Origin: an uncultured virus (IMG/VR IMGVR_UViG_3300031760_006602)
Lineage: Duplodnaviria; Heunggongvirae; Uroviricota; Caudoviricetes
Strand: one strand, 5' to 3'
Virus record (IMG/VR): IMGVR_UViG_3300031760_006602
DNA: 20,000 nt
Shown: positions 7,500 to 15,831 of the stretch, one piece after another
Numbering within the stretch: the first letter of the stretch is position 1
How the letters are laid out: each line of letters opens with the position of its first letter
Program-made: the position numbers and the translations under genes
Notes under the pieces: generated by a model
Told to the model about the DNA's origin: nothing
Database searches by the model: none
Seen by the model: the letters and a program-made list of their open reading frames with translations, nothing else

Positions 7500-7808
7500 A
7501 TGAAGGATAAAACAAGAAATGATGTTTTAATGGAAAAAGTTGAGTCCTTGATAAGTGAAATAGAAACTATGGAACAAGAAAGTTTGTTGAAAATGAAACG
7601 AACACTCCATAATACTTCTTACAGTTCCTATTTTAATTTGGGAAAATATCCGATGGGTAGGTTTAGGACAGCTGAATTTGCGGTTACAAATGCCTTAGCT
7701 TCACTTGAAATAGCGAAAAATCAGTTGAAAGAGTTAGATGATGTTTTAATGAACACTTGGTATAAAGAACACAAAGAAGAGATACATAAAAAGTTAGATA
7801 AGGAGTAA
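7500..7808 (+). CDS. hypothetical helical protein
   Basis: 102-aa ORF, AAGGGG RBS. Confidence 0.75.
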   Translation: MKDKTRNDVLMEKVESLISEIETMEQESLLKMKRTLHNTSYSSYFNLGKYPMGRFRTAEFAVTNALASLEIAKNQLKELDDVLMNTWYKEHKEEIHKKLDKE

Positions 7809-7810
7809 AT

Positions 7811-8671
7811 ATGAATACTGCAGTGTATGGGGTATATATAACAAGCCGGTATGGAGATAATTTATTAAAAATATTCAGTAATAAAAAGTCTGCTGATGGG
7901 TATCGAAAAAACTTACAACGGATTTATTATTTAACAGAGGGTGACGAAAAGATTTATCAAGTTAAAAAGTTACCCGTTGAAGAAACTTATGAAAGAAAGC
8001 CTGTAACTCTTGGGTATGTGTATGAATTAAGTGTGCATAAATACAGTAGTTACGGATTAAATGAAAGAGATTACAGTACATTTTCCTATAAACATGTACC
8101 TACTATCATAGATAGACCTTTTATGGAAGAGTGGGAAAAGTCAAATGTAGGCGAGGAAAAGTTGTCTGATTTACCTTATCCAAGAAAAAATAAAATTTTT
8201 GTAGCCTGTAAGTTTAATTCACAAGATTTACATGGGGTAAGGGAATATAGAGGGATATGGGATAATGGGATTGGGTTTTCTCATTGTTTAAAAGAAGTTC
8301 ATTTTTTTAGGTTAAGTGATTATAGACGAAAAGCAGTAAAACAGTTACATAGGTATTTAAACAAATACAGAAGTACCATAATGGATTGTATTGATAGAAC
8401 AAATCCGTTTTATTATATGAGTCAAGGGTTTAAACCTCTATCAGACTATGAAGAGTTTGATTTGGGGTATAGACGTGTATTACGTTATTTGAAAGATAAG
8501 GGGTTAGACTTTGATGATATTAAAAATTTACCAATGGAAAAACTGGTATTAATGACGAATTTAAATGTATGGTTTTTTTCTCAAATACATGTATTTTATA
8601 AAGATATAGAATTTAAGACTGTAAAGAAACATGGGTTAATAGAGAAGGTAGATGGTGGAGAGGAGGAATAG
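7811..8671 (+). CDS. hypothetical protein
   Basis: 286-aa ORF, AGGAG RBS; N-terminal VYGV...LLKIFS.K..A..Y module. Confidence 0.8.
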   Translation: MNTAVYGVYITSRYGDNLLKIFSNKKSADGYRKNLQRIYYLTEGDEKIYQVKKLPVEETYERKPVTLGYVYELSVHKYSSYGLNERDYSTFSYKHVPTIIDRPFMEEWEKSNVGEEKLSDLPYPRKNKIFVACKFNSQDLHGVREYRGIWDNGIGFSHCLKEVHFFRLSDYRRKAVKQLHRYLNKYRSTIMDCIDRTNPFYYMSQGFKPLSDYEEFDLGYRRVLRYLKDKGLDFDDIKNLPMEKLVLMTNLNVWFFSQIHVFYKDIEFKTVKKHGLIEKVDGGEEE

Positions 8672-8673
8672 GT

Positions 8674-9264
8674 ATGTTATATGAATATTTAGTGTATCGG
8701 TATAATGTAAATACCCATAAAAAAGATATTGTAGCCGTCAGTGATTTTGAAGAGGAAGCTAATAAAATTTTAGATTTGTTAGAAACTCAAAGTTTCTGTA
8801 ATGGGACATGGGATATTTATTCCGTTGCAAAGTTAGAAAAAAAGTTATACAAGGATTATGATAAAACTTTGCCAAAACGTATTTTAGTAGAAATCAAAGA
8901 AGAAAACTTAACAAACCCTAAAAATTATTCAATTACAAAGCTGGACGATGATTTTACATCACCTGTTCCTCCTTGTATTCAAGTTTTGTTAAATGGACCT
9001 TATTGCCATGATAATCGTGTAGTAATGAAATTTACATTAGCTATTGATAAAGATGATAGAGTTTCAAATATCGTAAAACGAATTAAAAGTAAGTCAGACC
9101 TTTATATGGACTTGATTCGTAGGTATGATTTGGGGTTTTATAGTCTTGACTTTTTAAAAGATTGCAAAGCGGAAAATCTAAAACATATGGGATTTAAAGG
9201 GGAAGGAAAGTGTTATACTTTATATTTTGAAGATGCTTATAAAGAAAAGGAAATAAAGGGGTAA
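8674..9264 (+). CDS. hypothetical protein
   Basis: 196-aa ORF, GGAGG RBS; N-terminus loosely similar to the 7811 N-terminal module. Confidence 0.8.
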   Translation: MLYEYLVYRYNVNTHKKDIVAVSDFEEEANKILDLLETQSFCNGTWDIYSVAKLEKKLYKDYDKTLPKRILVEIKEENLTNPKNYSITKLDDDFTSPVPPCIQVLLNGPYCHDNRVVMKFTLAIDKDDRVSNIVKRIKSKSDLYMDLIRRYDLGFYSLDFLKDCKAENLKHMGFKGEGKCYTLYFEDAYKEKEIKG

Positions 9265-9273
9265 ATTTAAATT

Positions 9274-9744
9274 ATGGATGTGGTAATCAGTGTTATAGTT
9301 TTTGCTATTGCAGTTTCTTTGGTTATGTATGTAATTTATGAAGATAACAAAGAAGAAAGAGAGGTAAATAAAGTACTTGATTTTTTGATTGATGGAAATT
9401 TTATATGGGAAAAACGAAAATACAAGGATAGTGAAAATATTTTTAATTCTGAAGAGAAGTTTGTTTTAAGCATAGATTGTGGTGGGGTTTATTGTTGTTT
9501 TGTACTTGGTAAAGTATGGGGAATCGAGGTTTTTAGAGAAGATGGAGTTGGGCCGAGAAGAAATTTAATAGAGTTGAAAATAGAAAGCTCTTTTTATAAT
9601 GGCTCTGTAGATAATTCAGACTATTCAAAAGTAGATACTTTATATGAAAAGGTAGCAGGTGGTGAAATTTATGATGAGGTAAATGGAAAAGATGATGTAG
9701 AGAAGTTATCTTTATTAAACAATTATCTAAAAGAACATTTTTAA
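9274..9744 (+). CDS. hypothetical protein with N-terminal transmembrane anchor
   Basis: MDVVISVIVFAIAVSLVMYVIY hydrophobic N-terminus. Confidence 0.75.
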   Translation: MDVVISVIVFAIAVSLVMYVIYEDNKEEREVNKVLDFLIDGNFIWEKRKYKDSENIFNSEEKFVLSIDCGGVYCCFVLGKVWGIEVFREDGVGPRRNLIELKIESSFYNGSVDNSDYSKVDTLYEKVAGGEIYDEVNGKDDVEKLSLLNNYLKEHF

Positions 9745-9765
9745 TAAAAAGTTATATTATTTTAT

Positions 9766-9803
9766 AAAAAATACTTTACATTAAGTATTTTTTGTGGTAC
9801 AAT
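9766..9803 (+). promoter_or_regulatory. sigma-A-like promoter with extended -10 and perfect 11-bp inverted repeat over the -35
   Basis: TTTACA (9775-9780), 17 nt, TGgTACAAT (-10 at 9798-9803); AAAAAATACTT (9766-9776) / AAGTATTTTTT (9783-9793). Confidence 0.8.
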
Positions 9804-9814
9804 AGGTTCAGGAG

Positions 9815-10120
9815 GTGGTAAATGTGAGGGTAGCAGGTAAGGTAAAGCAACGACAGTTAGCTATTTTTGCAAAAGAACAGTTTGTGAGAACACTCAAAAA
9901 AGCTTATAATTCTGAGTCGGTAAGTATTGAAATCAGTGAGTTTGGAACTGTGTATGTATATGTAGACTCACCCGATGTACCTAAAAGTCAGGAAGGGTTA
10001 AGAAATGTACTTACAAACTTTTTAGGGATAGGGAAGGTAACAGAGATTACAGGTACATATAAAGAGGTATGGGTAGCCTATCAGGAGAACTCAAATGTTA
10101 ACAAGGTTCAGAAATTATAA
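9815..10120 (+). CDS. hypothetical protein
   Basis: 101-aa ORF; true start probably GTG at 9824 after AGGAGG. Confidence 0.75.
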   Translation: MVNVRVAGKVKQRQLAIFAKEQFVRTLKKAYNSESVSIEISEFGTVYVYVDSPDVPKSQEGLRNVLTNFLGIGKVTEITGTYKEVWVAYQENSNVNKVQKL

Positions 10121-10868
10121 AACAATACAGGGTACACCTACTGAACGGAAGCCTGAAGATTTTCCTTACAGTTACACAAGATTTTGTATTTTTAGGTATG
10201 ATTGGAAACAAACAGACCATGTAGTTTTTACAGATAGACTTTCAAAGTTATATGAGAAAAGGTATGATACATTATTTAAAAAACATCTTGGAAATGGTCA
10301 ATATTATTCCACAAAAAATCCAACAAGGATTGAGAAGTTTCTTTCAGAGTTGTTTGGTAAAAGGTTAATGTTGACTGGTATCGAGGAAGAATGTAATGCC
10401 TCAAATGGGTATCCTTATTGGTTGTTATACTATCGTGAAAAGGGAGATATACTCATGGGAACATCAATTAAAGCAACAAATTCTACCTATCGGTTTGATT
10501 GTGGTGGGTATGGGTTTTTCAATTTACGGAAAGCCATTGCTTATGCCATGGATAAGGAGTTTGGTGAGAATTATTTTAATTTAGTCAGCTGTCATACAAA
10601 AGAAGATTATGAAAACCATGATAAAATTGCAAATCGTATCCTTCAGGAAAAGGGTTTGGATGAGGATGTTGTTGACTTTCTGTATCAGGATGATGGTAAA
10701 GGTAAGGTAAACTACAAAACTTGCAAAAAGATTTATGATTTGATTAAAGATATTGATTACTCCGGACGGGGTTTTCGGTATGCCGCTTATCGTCACAATG
10801 ATTATGACGAGTTCAAAGAGTTTTTGTTGGAGTGCTATAAAAAGCGTAGAAATATGGTATGGAGTTGA
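10095..10868 (+). CDS. hypothetical protein, probably two fused modules
   Basis: 257-aa ORF with internal AGGGAG RBS (10441) and in-frame ATG at 10455. Confidence 0.75.
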   Translation: MLTRFRNYKTIQGTPTERKPEDFPYSYTRFCIFRYDWKQTDHVVFTDRLSKLYEKRYDTLFKKHLGNGQYYSTKNPTRIEKFLSELFGKRLMLTGIEEECNASNGYPYWLLYYREKGDILMGTSIKATNSTYRFDCGGYGFFNLRKAIAYAMDKEFGENYFNLVSCHTKEDYENHDKIANRILQEKGLDEDVVDFLYQDDGKGKVNYKTCKKIYDLIKDIDYSGRGFRYAAYRHNDYDEFKEFLLECYKKRRNMVWS

Positions 10869-11188
10869 GGTGGGTTATTATGGGTAAAAATGAAGAATAC
10901 TTATATTCGATTGTAAAACAGTTAATTGGTATCAAAGATTCTATTTCAGAGGTAAATGATTCTATAAATGGTTTGTTAGAAGATAAAGATAGAAAGTTAT
11001 TAGAAAGTAGTAGGGAAAGATTAAATGGAATCAGAAGGGGTTCCGGTAGTTTTAATGAATGTTTAAATTGTATAAACACTACCATACTGTATGTTATGGA
11101 CGTTATGGTAAATGAGGGGTATGAAGAATCTATGGGGGTAAAAGGGGTAAAACAAATTTCTGAAAGTACTAAAGGGGAAGATGAATAG
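10859..11188 (+). CDS. hypothetical protein
   Basis: 109-aa ORF; probable start ATG 10880 after GAGGTG. Confidence 0.7.
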   Translation: MELRWVIMGKNEEYLYSIVKQLIGIKDSISEVNDSINGLLEDKDRKLLESSRERLNGIRRGSGSFNECLNCINTTILYVMDVMVNEGYEESMGVKGVKQISESTKGEDE

Positions 11189-11620
11189 ATGGAAGCTATG
11201 TTCAAAGTACCTGTAGAAACCATATACAATAAAATAGACGTAATAAATATCAGATTCAGTAGGTCAAGTTTGTGTGGGTGGAGGATAGAAAAACCCTTTG
11301 ATACAAAAATATCACTACATAAACCTAAAGGTGATTTGGGAGATAAAGCATATACACAACATTTATTTTGGACGTTGTGCAGGTTAATATCAAGTAAGTG
11401 TAGTGATGAGGGGGATATAAAACGTAGTATTACAATAAAATTATATGGTATGAAACACGTAAGCGAGAATAGTGCATGGAGAACAAGTCGGTTTACAAAA
11501 ATGAAATATGGTATCAAGTTGTATAATTTAGATGAGGGTAGTGGGGAGTATTTGTATGACATGATTTCTTACATAGTAAGGAATTATATTTCAAGTTGTA
11601 CAATGATTACTTGGAGGTAA
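11189..11620 (+). CDS. hypothetical protein
   Basis: 143-aa ORF abutting upstream stop. Confidence 0.7.
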   Translation: MEAMFKVPVETIYNKIDVINIRFSRSSLCGWRIEKPFDTKISLHKPKGDLGDKAYTQHLFWTLCRLISSKCSDEGDIKRSITIKLYGMKHVSENSAWRTSRFTKMKYGIKLYNLDEGSGEYLYDMISYIVRNYISSCTMITWR

Positions 11621-11624
11621 GGGT

Positions 11625-11879
11625 ATGGGAAAAGGTGAGAGATTTGAGCCTTGTCCTTGGTGTAAATGTAGACCGAGGTTACAGTTAACAGATGAAGAAG
11701 GGAATTTTAGGGGTGAAAGTTATTTGGAAAACCCTTATAGCGGGGTAGGTTATGTAATTGTACATGCAGAATCACTAACATGTCCTATTGCAACCTGTGG
11801 CGTCGAGTTTGTTGGGGGTAGGATTTATGATACAGAGGAAGAAGCAATTAAATCTTGGAATAGTTGGAAAAAGAGTTAG
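11625..11879 (+). CDS. Lar (restriction alleviation)-like zinc-ribbon protein
   Basis: PCPWC ... H....CP ... TEEEAIKSWN matches the Lar_restr_allev-type pattern (PCPFCG...EEAIxxWN). Confidence 0.65.
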   Translation: MGKGERFEPCPWCKCRPRLQLTDEEGNFRGESYLENPYSGVGYVIVHAESLTCPIATCGVEFVGGRIYDTEEEAIKSWNSWKKS

Positions 11880-11880
11880 T

Positions 11881-11913
11881 GTGAATTTCAAGTGAATTTC
11901 AAGTGAATTTCGA
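11881..11913. repeat. 3 x 11-bp tandem repeat GTGAATTTC(A/G)A
   Basis: GTGAATTTCAA GTGAATTTCAA GTGAATTTCGA, intergenic. Confidence 0.9.
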
Positions 11914-11940
11914 ATGGTTGATGGGTAGGAGGTAAAAATA

Positions 11941-12159
11941 ATGACTGGATTAGAAACAATTAAATCAGCTTGCGTGGTAGAAGAACATGCTTTTGATACT
12001 ATACAAGAAGAACAGGAATTTTTAAGGTGTATGGACGAATCTTATAAAGGAGAATACACTATCTTGCAAGATAGGACGGACAGTAAGTTTCATCTTGTAA
12101 TTGCACGTAAGTACATAAACTTTGACTTGTATGATATCAAAAATATGTTAAGGGGGTGA
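11941..12159 (+). CDS. hypothetical protein
   Basis: 72 aa, AGGAGG RBS. Confidence 0.75.
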   Translation: MTGLETIKSACVVEEHAFDTIQEEQEFLRCMDESYKGEYTILQDRTDSKFHLVIARKYINFDLYDIKNMLRG

Positions 12160-12401
12160 TTGTTATGTTGAAAGATGTAGTCATTCGATATGATGGTCAG
12201 CCTCTTTCTAATTTAAAACAGCTGGTATATTGTAAGGACTGTAAGTATCGAAGGGACGCGCACTATGAAGAAAAGGGTGAGCCCGAATACATTAAATCCG
12301 TATGTGAGCATAGAGCAGGATTGAAAAAGGGGTATAGAGTAAATCCTTATGATTTTTGTAGCCGTGGTGAAGTCGGTGTATATGAAAGTGAGGAGGAATG
12401 A
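12156..12401 (+). CDS. small Cys-rich phage protein (CKDCKY...C...FCS.GE family)
   Basis: VYCKDCKY...C...DFCSRGE motif; same module ends the 16708 ORF. Confidence 0.75.
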   Translation: MIVMLKDVVIRYDGQPLSNLKQLVYCKDCKYRRDAHYEEKGEPEYIKSVCEHRAGLKKGYRVNPYDFCSRGEVGVYESEEE

Positions 12402-13282
12402 CTTTGTATAAGTTAGTTCACCCTACAACAAAGAAAGAAGTTAAAGGGGTAGAAGGGGTAAGGGACAATATAGTATTTAATAAAGAAATAGCAGATTATT
12501 TATTAAATTCTAAAGGTTGTTTTAAACATTTTACAGATACTTTTGAGTTCACAAATTATTTCAGTTCTTATTTGTTTCAAGATGTAGATTCTAATATCGC
12601 TATTAAAGAAGCAAATTTAATTATAGATGGGTTTGGGTGGGCAGGTAGTTATGAAGTTGGGGAGTTTGATGTTTTAACCGAAAATACTGTAGCAATAGAT
12701 ATTAAGGAAACAGAAAAACTCAATTCAGAGATGGTGTATAACCCTAAAGTCAAACATAAAAAGGTAAAAGGGGTAAAGTTAGTAGTACCGACAGACGGTG
12801 GGGGTGTATTTAAAGAATTTTTTGTACCTTATAAAGTAAAGGGTATTGTGAAAAGTAAAAAGGTGAATGGGTTTGTATTACATTTTAATGAGTCTGGGGA
12901 TAAGGATTTATTTAAGCTAGGTAGGAAAACAAAAAGAGAAAATTTGATTGATTCAGCTTTAACTTGTATTATTTTGTATTGTGAAGCGCAAAGGGTTGCA
13001 TTGAAAGAAAAAGAGAGGGTTGAAAGAGAAAGTAGGTTAAATCTTAAAAAGAGAAAATCAAATAAACCTAAACAAAATGAAGATGGAACATATACTGTAA
13101 ATTTGGATAAGAATGTACAGTTTATCTATGAAAAGTCAGATGTACATTATGAGTTTGTAAGACATTGTGAAGCCTGGAATGTGAGAGGTCATTATCGTCA
13201 TTATAGAAGTGGTAAGATTGGTTTTGTAAAACCTTATGTAAAGGGTAAAGGTAGATTAAATCAGAAAAATTATGTGGTATAG
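12398..13282 (+). CDS. hypothetical phage protein with C-terminal W.VRGH.R motif
   Basis: 294 aa; WNVRGHYRHYRSGKIGFVKPYVKG resembles a basic motif common in phage proteins. Confidence 0.8.
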   Translation: MTLYKLVHPTTKKEVKGVEGVRDNIVFNKEIADYLLNSKGCFKHFTDTFEFTNYFSSYLFQDVDSNIAIKEANLIIDGFGWAGSYEVGEFDVLTENTVAIDIKETEKLNSEMVYNPKVKHKKVKGVKLVVPTDGGGVFKEFFVPYKVKGIVKSKKVNGFVLHFNESGDKDLFKLGRKTKRENLIDSALTCIILYCEAQRVALKEKERVERESRLNLKKRKSNKPKQNEDGTYTVNLDKNVQFIYEKSDVHYEFVRHCEAWNVRGHYRHYRSGKIGFVKPYVKGKGRLNQKNYVV

Positions 13283-13294
13283 GGGGAAATAAAT

Positions 13295-13498
13295 ATGTCA
13301 GATATTTGTGATTCTTGTATTCATGAACATGTTTGTGGGTACACTAAAACATATGAAAAAGGTACGATTAGAAGTTGTATTGATTATATGAGAGGTGTAA
13401 AGGTAGTAATACCTAAAGAAGCCTTTAAAGATGGTCATTGTAAACCTTTAAATGATGTAGTGGTGTATGTTTCAGATATTGATTTAACAATGGTGTAA
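13295..13498 (+). CDS. small Cys-rich hypothetical protein
   Basis: ICDSCIHEHVC...C; GGGGG RBS. Confidence 0.7.
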   Translation: MSDICDSCIHEHVCGYTKTYEKGTIRSCIDYMRGVKVVIPKEAFKDGHCKPLNDVVVYVSDIDLTMV

Positions 13499-13510
13499 AG
13501 GAGTACTGAG

Positions 13511-13960
13511 ATGGTACATAAAGGGTATGAAGAAGCAACGATTGAAGGAGTAATTTATAATGATGGAAAAGTAGATGTAGAGTTAAATCTTTCTCATGTG
13601 TATAAGGGAAATAGACTTGAAATAAGAAAAATAAGAGAAGGTAAAAAGTTATGGGAATGCTTTGGTAGGTTTTCTTACAGGTTTTTAGTGAATTCAAATT
13701 TAACTTGTAGTCAAGTAGTAGACTTACAAGATATTTTACAGTTAAGATTGAAAAGGGTTTTTAAAGAGAATGATATATCTCCTGAATGTATTGTAGATAG
13801 ATATACAAATGGACGTGAGGGGTTTAAAGTGAATGGATGGAACGTATCAAAGTCTGAAAAAGAAACTGTAATTTGGTTATCAACCGATAAAGCAGTTGGT
13901 GTATTCAAGAAAGCAGTTGAAGAGTTTATTACAAAAGGGTGGGTACAGTTGGATAGTTAG
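13511..13960 (+). CDS. hypothetical protein
   Basis: 149 aa, AGGGAG RBS. Confidence 0.75.
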   Translation: MVHKGYEEATIEGVIYNDGKVDVELNLSHVYKGNRLEIRKIREGKKLWECFGRFSYRFLVNSNLTCSQVVDLQDILQLRLKRVFKENDISPECIVDRYTNGREGFKVNGWNVSKSEKETVIWLSTDKAVGVFKKAVEEFITKGWVQLDS

Positions 13961-13992
13961 TGTGTAATATTGTGTATAAAAGGGGAAACATA

Positions 13993-14316
13993 ATGACAAC
14001 ATGGAAAGAAATCCGTGATGAAGTGGCAGAAATGCTTGCAGATGGAAAACCATTGGAAGATGTAATTTCAAAATTGGAAAAAAGAAAAAACGAGATGGCA
14101 AAAGTAGAACTTATAGAAGCAATAGACGAGATAAAAAAATTGAAACCAATGACCAACGAAGAGTGGCTTGCGACATTATCAACAGGAGAAAAAGCAGAAG
14201 TTTTAAATGATTTATATTGGGAATTTGACTACAAAGCAAGATTATATTATAACTTTGAGCCTACAAAAAAATCGTTTGAGAAGTGGTTAAGACAACCACA
14301 CACAGAAAAGGAGTAG
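13993..14316 (+). CDS. hypothetical protein with C-terminal TNEEW...EKA...KWL module
   Basis: ORF track 13960-14316; ATG 13993 follows AGGGG RBS. Confidence 0.75.
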   Translation: MTTWKEIRDEVAEMLADGKPLEDVISKLEKRKNEMAKVELIEAIDEIKKLKPMTNEEWLATLSTGEKAEVLNDLYWEFDYKARLYYNFEPTKKSFEKWLRQPHTEKE

Positions 14317-14326
14317 GAGTAAAACT

Positions 14327-14587
14327 ATGGGAGAAGATAATGGAGTTTTATTAAAAGATAAAGAACTTGAAGAAATGACATATGAAGAATTAGAAGAACG
14401 GCAAAAGCGTTTGGTAGATTTACTTAAAAGTTATAAATTTGCTTTGGCTAATACAATAGTAGAGTATGAAACACAAAAAAACACTTATATTGACTGCATA
14501 AATGAAACAGGACAAGAGTTAATTAAAGTACAAGACCTTTTTTGGTCAAAACAAATAAAACAACCACACACCAACAAGGAGAGGTAA
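14327..14587 (+). CDS. hypothetical coiled-coil protein
   Basis: 86 aa, AGGAG RBS. Confidence 0.75.
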   Translation: MGEDNGVLLKDKELEEMTYEELEERQKRLVDLLKSYKFALANTIVEYETQKNTYIDCINETGQELIKVQDLFWSKQIKQPHTNKER

Positions 14588-14589
14588 AA

Positions 14590-14721
14590 ATGATACGATT
14601 TATTGCCGCATTTTGCGGATTATTCGCTCTCCAGCTTTCACTTGAGCAAAGCATAATTAGTCCACCAAAAGCAGTTGTTTTAGGGTATATTCTTGGATTC
14701 TTTATTGGGTTTTTCAAGTAG
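14590..14721 (+). CDS. small putative membrane protein (43 aa)
   Basis: MIRFIAAFCGLFALQLSLEQSIISPPKAVVLGYILGFFIGFFK*; GAGGT RBS. Confidence 0.6.
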   Translation: MIRFIAAFCGLFALQLSLEQSIISPPKAVVLGYILGFFIGFFK

Positions 14722-14731
14722 AGGTGATAAC

Positions 14732-14893
14732 ATGAAAAAATGGACAACTTATAAACGTAGGCTGTTAGAGTTACAAGATACACTTAATAGAAATCCTATC
14801 CAAGACGCTTTTATTGCGTTGGCAATAGAAATCCTGCTTGCGTTATTGGAAGATAAAATCGAAAAAACAGCGGTTTGTGTTGGTGAGGAGTAG
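14732..14893 (+). CDS. small hypothetical protein
   Basis: ORF track 14693-14893; ATG 14732 follows GAGGTG RBS. Confidence 0.65.
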   Translation: MKKWTTYKRRLLELQDTLNRNPIQDAFIALAIEILLALLEDKIEKTAVCVGEE

Positions 14894-14895
14894 CT

Positions 14896-15054
14896 ATGGA
14901 ATTAATTTTTAAATTGATTGGTAACCTGTTAGAATTCCTTGATTATGCCGTTCCGGTTGTTGCGATGTTCCTTTATCGGTTATTTGTGTTGATATTGCTA
15001 TATTCAATAACGCAACAATTAAATGAGATTATTGGAGTATTAAATGGTGGCTAA
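14896..15054 (+). CDS. small putative membrane protein (52 aa)
   Basis: MELIFKLIGNLLEFLDYAVPVVAMFLYRLFVLILLYSITQQLNEIIGVLNGG*; GAGGAG RBS. Confidence 0.6.
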   Translation: MELIFKLIGNLLEFLDYAVPVVAMFLYRLFVLILLYSITQQLNEIIGVLNGG

Positions 15055-15355
15055 AGGAGAAGCAGGGATAATGGGTATGGAATCATTCGATTATAACAAA
15101 ACACTTGTTAGCATCAAACGAGTTGACGAATTACATTCCCCAACCGGAAAACACAAGGGATTCATTTTAGAATTCGATGGAAACATTGAAGAAAAACTGG
15201 AAAATTATCATTACTTTGGAATTCGTATTTCAAATTGTGAAATGTGGTGTTCTGAACAAAGTCTATTAGGACAATGGTTAACCAAAAATTTAGCAATACT
15301 TTATGTAAATCTATCCTCTGATGTTTATAATAATGAGGTGGAAGACAACCTATAA
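15044..15355 (+). CDS. hypothetical protein
   Basis: 103-aa ORF; start may be ATG 15071. Confidence 0.7.
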   Translation: MVAKGEAGIMGMESFDYNKTLVSIKRVDELHSPTGKHKGFILEFDGNIEEKLENYHYFGIRISNCEMWCSEQSLLGQWLTKNLAILYVNLSSDVYNNEVEDNL

Positions 15356-15371
15356 AAAGGAAAACAATAAA

Positions 15372-15572
15372 ATGTTAAAAAATTTGCAAAAAATAACAAA
15401 TGAAGAGTGGTTCTGTCAGTTACCGACAGAAGAAAAGGCAAGGTGGTTATATGACCACTATGTTAATGCAAGGGCAGAAGAGTTTTATGGCAGACAAGAA
15501 AAAACATTATCTGAGTATCAGAAATGGTTAGTTAGTGTACATAGTGGAATAGATGGAACGAAGATTGATTAA
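15372..15572 (+). CDS. hypothetical protein, TNEEW...EEKA...KWL module
   Basis: ORF track 15321-15572; ATG 15372 more likely. Confidence 0.7.
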   Translation: MLKNLQKITNEEWFCQLPTEEKARWLYDHYVNARAEEFYGRQEKTLSEYQKWLVSVHSGIDGTKID

Positions 15573-15588
15573 AGGTGGTACATAAAGA

Positions 15589-15807
15589 ATGAAACAAGTA
15601 AAACCTTGTCCGTTTGAATGTAATGCAAACGATTGTAAAGATTGTGGTGCTTATACTTATAGCCATCATACACAAACAAATGAAGAATGGTTAAATAATT
15701 TGCCAACAGAAGAAAAAGCGAAAAGAATAATCAATATTGCGATTAATTCTAATTGCGACTACAAAACAATAGTAAAGTGGCTAAAGGAGAAACATAGGGA
15801 TGACTGA
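15589..15807 (+). CDS. hypothetical protein, Cys-rich N-terminus plus TNEEW module
   Basis: PCPFEC...CKDC followed by TNEEWLNNLPTEEKA...KWL. Confidence 0.75.
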   Translation: MKQVKPCPFECNANDCKDCGAYTYSHHTQTNEEWLNNLPTEEKAKRIINIAINSNCDYKTIVKWLKEKHRDD

Positions 15808-15831
15808 AAATAGTAAAGAAGGGTATAAGGG

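Noticed and set aside
10396..10584. 62-aa plus-strand ORF
   Set aside because: Entirely nested out of frame within 10095-10868.
10813..11562. 249-aa minus-strand ORF and the other minus-strand ORFs (3563, 6176, 10581, 13425, 13711, 13880, 13929, 14523, 15759, 16595, 16611, 17753)
   Set aside because: Antisense shadows of well-supported plus-strand genes, with the L/F/S/I-rich composition typical of reverse complements.
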